A stretch of 64,000 nt of DNA from Candidatus Thorarchaeota archaeon (GTDB taxonomy: Archaea > Asgardarchaeota > Thorarchaeia > Thorarchaeales > Thorarchaeaceae), in contig JBHLRZ010000001.1 in NCBI GenBank assembly GCA_048882045.1, positions 189,171 through 253,170 of the forward strand, written 5' to 3'. The position numbers and the translations under genes were made by a program. The notes below the pieces were generated by a model, which saw only the letters and a program-made list of their open reading frames with translations, had not been told where the DNA came from and did not search any database. Below are positions 57,441 through 64,000 of the stretch, in pieces (the first letter of the stretch is position 1; each line of letters starts with the position of its first letter).

Positions 57441-57502
57441 CGTGCGCAGTAGGTAATACTTATTGAAGATTGAATAGGTCAAATATGAACTGAGGAGATA
57501 GT

Positions 57503-57871
57503 ATGAAGAGTTTCGCAGTGATTGGCATATACGTGGATGATATTGACAAGGCAAGAGAGTTCTATTGTGATATTCTGGGTTTTGAGATTGAGAATACCTA
57601 TGATGATGGATGCATAATTCAGTTGAAGAGTGATGGGCCAACTGTGATTATTGAAAAAGTAGAAAATCCGTCGAAGGCAGTATATCCGGGCAGTTCTCAA
57701 GTAGTACTGTGCGTTTCAACTGATAACATTGAGAGGACATCGGAAGAATTCAGAGCGAAAGGAGTCAACTTTCTACATGATGGACCACAACCATTTGTAG
57801 CTGGTCAGTTTATGGCAATGAAGGACCCATCTGGAAACACGTTAGAACTTCTTGAATTCAAGAGAGAATAG
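57503..57871 (+). CDS. VOC/glyoxalase family protein
   Basis: VDDIDKAREFYCDILGF, KDPSGNTLEL. Confidence 0.9.
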   Translation: MKSFAVIGIYVDDIDKAREFYCDILGFEIENTYDDGCIIQLKSDGPTVIIEKVENPSKAVYPGSSQVVLCVSTDNIERTSEEFRAKGVNFLHDGPQPFVAGQFMAMKDPSGNTLELLEFKRE

Positions 57872-57872
57872 T

Positions 57873-58166
57873 TCATCTGACATATGGACCAGTCTTGATT
57901 ATCCATGCACCATCATCGTCAGTGAATGATGAGAACAGAATGGATGCGATTACAAACAGAAATAGGACAATGCCAGTGAGTATTGCTGGTGTTTGTAGAC
58001 TATCATAACCCGTGAATTGGACACTCTGGCCAGTATAAGCAGCCAATGAGATGTACGCCCCTGTAATGAAAACAAACAAGATTATTCCAACTACAACCCA
58101 TTTTACAATCAGATGCAGAGCCTTCTGGCCTGTTCGTGTTGTTTGTCGGTCACTCATTTCATTCAA
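57873..58166 (-). CDS. Small two-TM hypothetical protein
   Basis: Two hydrophobic helices. Confidence 0.55.
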   Translation of the reverse strand: MNEMSDRQTTRTGQKALHLIVKWVVVGIILFVFITGAYISLAAYTGQSVQFTGYDSLQTPAILTGIVLFLFVIASILFSSFTDDDGAWIIKTGPYVR

Positions 58167-58220
58167 GCCATGCTATTTACTCAAGAAACCAGTTAAACAT
58201 TCGGCAGACTCTGCGTGATT

Positions 58221-58778
58221 CTAAAGTGTCTTTCCTATCGAGTAAGCATTTGCTACTACATCACCAAGTGTCCAATATTGACGAGCTGGATTCGTGAAGA
58301 GCAGCAGATTCAACTTTTTCTGATCCAAGACACCATCGGTCATGAAACTTTCATCAGAGTAGAGATGTTTTACTTCTCCAAGGATAAGATAGTGTGTAGA
58401 TATATCAATGAGTTTGAGGAGCTTGCACTCTGCATTGACTGGACACTCTTCAATCATTGGAGCATTCCCCAGTTTCCCATAAAAGACTTGGAATAACTCA
58501 GACTTGTCAACATCCTTTCCAGACCGAATACCACAGTAGTCAGTCTTCACAACCAAATCAGCGCTTGGAAAGTTGAAACTGAAAGTCTTGTTCTTCTTAA
58601 TTCCTTGAAGTGTATACTTGGTCTTTCCAACAGCTGCTCCCCAGATATTTGGAGTCCTGCTCATGCGGTTGAACCATGCTACAGTAAAGAAATTTGGTCT
58701 ACCTTTAACTACTGAACCCATGAGTACGATTGGTTTTGGAAAAGGTGATCCGCCCGAATCGATTTCTATCTTGGTCAT
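58221..58778 (-). CDS. Flavin reductase (flavoredoxin-like) family protein
   Basis: PNFFTVAW, TDYCGIRSG..VDKS, APMIEECP. Confidence 0.9.
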   Translation of the reverse strand: MTKIEIDSGGSPFPKPIVLMGSVVKGRPNFFTVAWFNRMSRTPNIWGAAVGKTKYTLQGIKKNKTFSFNFPSADLVVKTDYCGIRSGKDVDKSELFQVFYGKLGNAPMIEECPVNAECKLLKLIDISTHYLILGEVKHLYSDESFMTDGVLDQKKLNLLLFTNPARQYWTLGDVVANAYSIGKTL

Positions 58779-58803
58779 AGTTGAACAATTCCACAGCTCA
58801 GTC

Positions 58804-59643
58804 TTAAATTGCTCGTGATATCATAATGAAAAGAAAGATGAGCCCTAGAAGAATGTAAACCGGACTCTGTAGTAGAACCCTCCTATCAGTTAGGTGTGAA
58901 TTCCGGAAATACACAATACCTGCAAACAAGTAGAACACAATTGATGCCTGAATTACTGGTTCAGGATAAAGGCTCATTGATGAAATGAAAAATGCAGTAG
59001 CAAAACCGAAGAGGAGTGGTGCCTGCATTACAGATTGCCCAATTGTCAGATATTCTTTGTAACCTTTGAAGAGTATTATATAGATAATTGAAAATCCAAC
59101 CGCGAAGAGAACAGGGAATTCCATGACTTGAATAATAAGTGTCCAAGGAAGGAAGATTTTCAGAAGTTGCATGAGGGCGATCAAAGTCAGTCCAAGATTA
59201 CTGTGCTTCAATCTTGATGGTCGCACATCTTCAAGACTCTGTTTCCTGATACTTGGTGATGAAATCGAGTAGATGAGATTGATGAAAATAAGCGAGAGTA
59301 ATACACAGAAGAAAAGCAAGTTGAGGAGAATAGAAAGAAGAAGTCCAAGGGAAAGAAGAAAAACAGCAATCGCTGCAGCATTCTTCTTACTGACAACTCC
59401 AAGAGCTATCGGTTTTCTCTTGACTTTCCTTTCATCCCTCATATCCTCTTCAACATCAAATATGTCGTTGAATACGTAGACAGAGGAATAGGATATCAGG
59501 AAGACGAGTAATCCAAGCAAGATCTGTAACAATTCAAAACTGAAATGAAAAAGAAGTAACAACATGACCCCTATCGAATAAAGTCCAGTGTTCTTTGGTA
59601 TGTTATCTATTAAGTTCCGAAACAACAGAACTCTCAAAGCCAT
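58804..59643 (-). CDS. UbiA family prenyltransferase
   Basis: YVFNDIFDVEED...KRKPIALG, YS...RLKH. Confidence 0.82.
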   Translation of the reverse strand: MALRVLLFRNLIDNIPKNTGLYSIGVMLLLLFHFSFELLQILLGLLVFLISYSSVYVFNDIFDVEEDMRDERKVKRKPIALGVVSKKNAAAIAVFLLSLGLLLSILLNLLFFCVLLSLIFINLIYSISSPSIRKQSLEDVRPSRLKHSNLGLTLIALMQLLKIFLPWTLIIQVMEFPVLFAVGFSIIYIILFKGYKEYLTIGQSVMQAPLLFGFATAFFISSMSLYPEPVIQASIVFYLFAGIVYFRNSHLTDRRVLLQSPVYILLGLIFLFIMISRAI

Positions 59644-59817
59644 TTTGGGAAACCCAGTTCTGATTTATTCAATCAAAATGTACGAGGAAGTTCGAAAAAA
59701 CTGTGTCTATTGATAGACTAGACAAATAATAAACAACAGAGGATGGAGTTTCAAGCACGTCTTGAGTTCTGAAAGGTTTTTTAGCTTGGAAAGTGACTGA
59801 GCAGCTTCCATTGTGAG

Positions 59818-61251
59818 ATGTCCACTATGAGAATCATGTTTGTAGAACCTCCAAAGGAGTTCTGGTTTGTTATGGGAGAGTATCTTCCTCCACCATTGGG
59901 GATACTCAACCTAGCGGCATATCTATGTGAACATGATGACTCTCTCGAATTGAAAATAGTGGATTGTCAAGCAGAGAGAATTAGTTGGTATGAGCTAGAA
60001 GAACACATCAAACAATTTCAGCCAAACATTGTTGCTCCTAGTTCTCTGGCCACTTGCAATGCATATCGAGGTCTACGGACTATTGGAATGGCAAAGACAA
60101 TTGATCCAGATATAACAACAGTTGTTGGAGGCCAACATTATACAGAGTTGGCTAAAGAAAGTCTAGAAGCTTATCCTGAACTGGATATTGTTGTACGTGG
60201 AGAGGGAGAACAAACCCTCCTAGAAGTCGTACGCGCACTTCAGGGAAAAAAACATCTTTCCGAAGTCAAGGGAATTACTTTCAAGCATGATGACAAGATT
60301 ATTACAACCCCTGACCGCCCACTCTTTGACAATTTAGATGACTTGCCGTTTCCAGCCTATGACTTGGTTGGAGAGTACATGAAGGATTACCATTTCACGA
60401 TGATGGCAGGTCGTGACACACCTTATGCGCTTGTTGAAGCATCTAGGGGTTGTCCCCATGATTGCAACTTTTGTTCTCAATGTACATTCTGGCGAGGAAA
60501 ATGGCGTTCAAAATCACCAAAACGGATTGCTGATGAGTTCGAGTATTGTTATGATAAGTTTGGTACAAGATTCTTCTGGCTCACCGATGACAATTTCGGA
60601 CTTGGAAAGAGAACAAATGAACTGTGTGATGAAATACTCAGTAGAGGTTTCAATGATGACATCATGTGGTTCATGCAGGCACGTTGTGATGATATCGTCA
60701 ACCACCAAGAGATTATACCAAAACTTCGCAGAGCTGGTCTGACTTGGATTCTCGCCGGAGTGGAGAGTCATAGCCCCGAGGTTCTGGCGTCATTTAACAA
60801 AAAAATCGACCCAACGATTTCCAAAGAGGCCATAAAGATTTTGAAAGCGAACGATGTTTTCGCACAAGCCACATTGATAATTGGGGATCGTAGTGATTCT
60901 CATGAAACCATTCGTGGTTTAAGGGCATACATCAATGATCTTGATCCTGATATTGCGATATACATGATTTTGACACCATTTCCGGGAACCAAACTCTACG
61001 AAGAGGCTTTCGCAAACGGATGGATTGAGGATACTAACTGGGCTCACTACGACATGATACACGCAATCATGCCAACGGAGCACTTGACTTTAACAGAAGT
61101 TCAAGAGGAACTTTACAGATGCTACAGAGGTTTCTATGGATCATGGAACAGAAGAATATCGGGTGTTTTTTCAAGTAACAAGATTAAGAGACGGACATAC
61201 AGGTACATGGCTCGCCAAGGTGTGATGGGAGCACTGAGGGGAATGTTCTAG
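59818..61251 (+). CDS. B12-binding radical SAM protein (BchE-like)
   Basis: PPLG..LAA, VVGGQH, RGEGE, SRGCPHDCNFC, DDNF, TPFPGT. Confidence 0.92.
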   Translation: MSTMRIMFVEPPKEFWFVMGEYLPPPLGILNLAAYLCEHDDSLELKIVDCQAERISWYELEEHIKQFQPNIVAPSSLATCNAYRGLRTIGMAKTIDPDITTVVGGQHYTELAKESLEAYPELDIVVRGEGEQTLLEVVRALQGKKHLSEVKGITFKHDDKIITTPDRPLFDNLDDLPFPAYDLVGEYMKDYHFTMMAGRDTPYALVEASRGCPHDCNFCSQCTFWRGKWRSKSPKRIADEFEYCYDKFGTRFFWLTDDNFGLGKRTNELCDEILSRGFNDDIMWFMQARCDDIVNHQEIIPKLRRAGLTWILAGVESHSPEVLASFNKKIDPTISKEAIKILKANDVFAQATLIIGDRSDSHETIRGLRAYINDLDPDIAIYMILTPFPGTKLYEEAFANGWIEDTNWAHYDMIHAIMPTEHLTLTEVQEELYRCYRGFYGSWNRRISGVFSSNKIKRRTYRYMARQGVMGALRGMF

Positions 61252-61253
61252 AT

Positions 61254-61997
61254 ATGTCTGGAAAAAGATCAGCCACAAAGAGCGCATTGATGTTTCAGAT
61301 AATGGCTCTTATAACATTGATTTTGATACCATTGATTGTTCTTCGCACACTAACGAATCCATCGGATCTAGTGACACAACCACAATTGATTGGTATAATC
61401 TTCATTGTTATTTGTGTGCTTGGTGCAATTGTAGGAGTCCGTCCAACAAGCTTCTCTCGATCTGTTTCAAGCAAGTCGACGCAAGGAGGAGAAGATAAGA
61501 AGCAGGTGCCTGAGGAGCTAAAGGAAAAATCTACTGTACGAGGTCATCATTATTCATGTGATTCATTCTCTGATCATGTTATTCGAATTGGAAGTAATGT
61601 CTATTGTGTGGGCTGTACTGGTCTCACGACCGGAGCAATGATTGCGATTCTAGTAGGTTTGGCATATTTCCTTCTTGGAGTTTCAATCTTCGATGATGTC
61701 GTTGTATTCTGGGTTGGTTTTGCGGGAGTCTTCATCGGATTGGTTCAGCACCAATTCTATAGATTGTTCTCTATTAGAAATGGTTTCTTTCGTTTTTCAC
61801 TGAATGTTGTCTTTGTTGTAGGTGCATCACTTCTTCTTGTGGGATCAAATCGAATCGCAGGCGATTTGATTGTGGACCTCTACATAATCTGCGTCATTCT
61901 ACTTTGGATAATTACTAGAATTGTGATGTCTAAGGGAGAGCATGAACGGATATGTAGGCAATGCGATGTTGATTCTTGTAGTCATCAATCATTTTGA
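61254..61997 (+). CDS. Membrane protein with His/Cys cluster (DUF2085-like)
   Basis: GHHYSC...HVIRIG...CVGCTG between TM segments; C-terminal CxxC. Confidence 0.6.
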   Translation: MSGKRSATKSALMFQIMALITLILIPLIVLRTLTNPSDLVTQPQLIGIIFIVICVLGAIVGVRPTSFSRSVSSKSTQGGEDKKQVPEELKEKSTVRGHHYSCDSFSDHVIRIGSNVYCVGCTGLTTGAMIAILVGLAYFLLGVSIFDDVVVFWVGFAGVFIGLVQHQFYRLFSIRNGFFRFSLNVVFVVGASLLLVGSNRIAGDLIVDLYIICVILLWIITRIVMSKGEHERICRQCDVDSCSHQSF

Positions 61998-62081
61998 GTG
62001 TATTCTAAGCTAGTGAATTGCTCAATCATGGGCTATGTTGCTGTTGAACCGCGATAAGACTTCAATCTTGTCGGATCTTGG

Positions 62082-62444
62082 CTATTGGTAACGTCGTTTC
62101 TTTCGAGTTGAGCTGTAGACAGCACCTATGATGATTAGCGCACCAAAGGTTATGACTAGGTATGGACCAATCGCTGTTTCCCACAGAGTTGAGAAGTCCC
62201 AACCAAATACCCAAGACAGTCCAGCAATGATGATTATACCTCCAAAGATGATTCCACAGATGGCATCACCGTTTGGAAGTCCAAAACATTCATCGTCTTT
62301 GGGTTCACCATGTCTTCTAACTTCTCTTCTAATTTCTCGGGAGGTTTCTCTTGCTCCTAAAGCTGCACCACATTGTTTGCAAAACTCTACATTATCGTCG
62401 TTCTCTGTTCCACAATGTTGACAATATACCACACAAATCACCAC
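62082..62444 (-). CDS. Zinc-ribbon membrane protein
   Basis: YCQHCG...FCKQCG then two TMs. Confidence 0.8.
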   Translation of the reverse strand: MVICVVYCQHCGTENDDNVEFCKQCGAALGARETSREIRREVRRHGEPKDDECFGLPNGDAICGIIFGGIIIIAGLSWVFGWDFSTLWETAIGPYLVITFGALIIIGAVYSSTRKKRRYQ

Positions 62445-62524
62445 TTAGAACTCATTCCTATGTCAAACTGATATTAAAGACTGACGTTTTTCAGAACGTG
62501 TGGTTTTCCTGATGGACAATCAGT

Positions 62525-63442
62525 CTAGGTCATTCTCTTTTTAATCAGATAAATAACAGAAACTAGACCAATCAAAGCTACAGTTCCAAGTATCATGTAA
62601 GGTATGATTGGGTTTCCATCCTGGTTGATTGCTGGTACAGACTCATCGACAAGCCATCGTGATACTTTCAGTAGTAAACCCCATTCTGTATCAGGATCGT
62701 TTAGGTAGTCATATTCTGAAGTTCCATCTCTACTATCACCCTCTTCGTATTCTGGATGAGGGCTGCTAAGAAACGCTGTACCTTCATCGTATGTAAGTGC
62801 AATCATACCAGGTCTGTCATTTGAGGGATATGTGCAGATTGGTATAACATTAGACATATCACCATAGAAATAGGCTGATGCCCAGTACATTGTCCAGTAT
62901 GATTCAGGTTCAGTAGAAAGATCAGGACCTGTTGAGTTCTGGTTTACTAACATCTCTGTGAGATAGATATCGGTACCATTGATTGAGTTACTATAAGAAC
63001 CATCGAATAGACCAAGAACTGCATTTGTAGCGAAAAGTGACCCTCCACAGATACCAAAATACGAACCCCCATTCCTTACGAATTCTCGTACTATGTCAAG
63101 TCCTTCGGTTCCCAATCCTAATGAATAGGATGCAGCTGAACCTCCAGGGAACACAACAATATCATACGAATCTAAGGTATCATTGATGATTTCGAAGGCG
63201 TAAACGATGTCAACAGAGGCGTTCATCCAGAGAAACATGTTTTCAAGCGCATCCCTCGAGCTACTCAGAACTCCTACACCACCGTATATAGCTACTTTTG
63301 TGTCACTCAAGTCAGAAGGGGTGGATGGAGTTTCTGTGGACATTCCACGTACATGAGGCATTGCTGTTGTAACCAATATCAGCAATAGACAAGTTGCACA
63401 CACTGCTTTGAAACTTTGATTTGATTTCTTTAGAGAGTACAT
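62525..63442 (-). CDS. Surface-anchored BPL_N (class I GATase-like) domain protein
   Basis: Signal peptide, VFPGG, GGSYFGICGG, SPHPE, C-terminal TM plus KKR. Confidence 0.82.
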   Translation of the reverse strand: MYSLKKSNQSFKAVCATCLLLILVTTAMPHVRGMSTETPSTPSDLSDTKVAIYGGVGVLSSSRDALENMFLWMNASVDIVYAFEIINDTLDSYDIVVFPGGSAASYSLGLGTEGLDIVREFVRNGGSYFGICGGSLFATNAVLGLFDGSYSNSINGTDIYLTEMLVNQNSTGPDLSTEPESYWTMYWASAYFYGDMSNVIPICTYPSNDRPGMIALTYDEGTAFLSSPHPEYEEGDSRDGTSEYDYLNDPDTEWGLLLKVSRWLVDESVPAINQDGNPIIPYMILGTVALIGLVSVIYLIKKRMT

Positions 63443-63685
63443 CTAAATCGTCATGGAACTTAAAGGGGATACTATTAATTCACCAGTTCTCAGCAATTCT
63501 AGGGCAAAAGTGACTAACAAAGTTCGGAGGTATCGTTTCTACAACACATCAGTTTGTTGAACAATTCTAGGTGCTATGCGAGGCATACTTTTAATATGAT
63601 GATTGGCCAGACTATAAGTTTCATGCGAGATGTCTTTCATTTCTGAAGGAATTCAATTTACCATGATAGAGAGGTTAGAAAAGCA

Positions 63686-64000
63686 ATGAATAGGATTTCG
63701 AGCTTTCTTAGGAAAATTGGAGGAAAAATCAGAGGCTTCTTCTCAAAATCTAAAACAAAATCAAAAGGCTACAGTAAAAAAATGTCAGACAGAGGAAGAG
63801 GACTCTCAGGTTCGCAGAAAGACAAAACACAGGGGTTTTGGAGAAGAGGAAGAGGATACTTCTCAAAATCTAGAGCGAGATCAAAAGGCCACGGCAAAAA
63901 AATTTCAGACAGAGGAAGAGGATTCTCAGGTTCGCAGAAAGACAAAACACAGGGGTTTTGGAGAAGAGGAAGAGGATACTTCTCAAAAATCAAAGGGAAA
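63686..64000 (+). CDS. Basic RG/KG-rich repeat protein (partial, runs off window)
   Basis: Open for 105 codons from ATG 63686 with GAGGT upstream: MNRISSFLRKIGGKIRGFFSKSKTKSKGYSKKMSDRGRGLSGSQKDKTQGFWRRGRGYFSK... Confidence 0.7.
   Translation, partial: MNRISSFLRKIGGKIRGFFSKSKTKSKGYSKKMSDRGRGLSGSQKDKTQGFWRRGRGYFSKSRARSKGHGKKISDRGRGFSGSQKDKTQGFWRRGRGYFSKIKGK
63739..63990 (+). repeat. 120-bp tandem repeat (two full units plus start of a third)
   Basis: Units begin CTTCTCAAAA at 63739, 63859 and 63979; second halves nearly identical. Confidence 0.92.

Noticed and set aside
59818-61251. Naming the radical SAM gene bchE or grsA
   Set aside because: Family motifs are clear but the specific function cannot be assigned by eye, and there are no photosynthesis genes nearby.
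63739-63990. 120-bp repeat as CRISPR, and the minus-strand ORF 63769-63993 as the real gene
   Set aside because: No repeat-spacer structure; the plus frame has a start, an RBS-like sequence and stays open, so the minus ORF is probably its shadow.
1-64000. Mobile elements, prophage, rRNA or tRNA genes
   Set aside because: No transposase, integrase, capsid, rRNA-like or tRNA-like sequence recognised by eye; a tRNAscan/Infernal run would be needed to exclude them formally.

Overview
Gene-dense archaeal chromosomal window. BRE/TATA promoters, GGAGG-type RBSs, a Lrp/AsnC regulator, an LRR protein, a possible DENN-like protein and a Zc3h12a-type nuclease suggest an Asgard archaeon, possibly Thorarchaeia (inference). 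Most of it is housekeeping and catabolic genes: ahcY, msrA, a short alaS, PiT/DUF47, NSS and ArsB/NhaD transporters, acyl-CoA dehydrogenase, a reductive pyrimidine catabolism cluster (hydA, ureidopropionase, aminotransferase, preA, mmsA), menG, a polyprenyl synthase, UbiA and a B12-radical SAM enzyme. I found no rRNA, tRNA, CRISPR array or transposase. The most unusual parts are: (1) 10.3-11.9 kb, where a secreted protein of about twelve 12-residue beta repeats sits with mirror-image divergent promoters, shared operator motifs, a ribbon-helix-helix regulator and a candidate hairpin sRNA whose loop is complementary to the repeat gene's 3' UTR; (2) 35.9-44.2 kb, with an ABC exporter, a C39-like protease, an operator-flanked regulator, four tandem bPH_2 membrane paralogues and unannotated single-TM microproteins; (3) a GC-rich candidate ncRNA divergent from a Zn-finger/NYN ribonuclease gene; (4) a mosaic tandem duplication of the ahcY-enolase interval carrying different cargo genes; and (5) a basic RG-rich repeat protein running off the right edge. 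All family assignments come from motif recognition by eye, not database searches.
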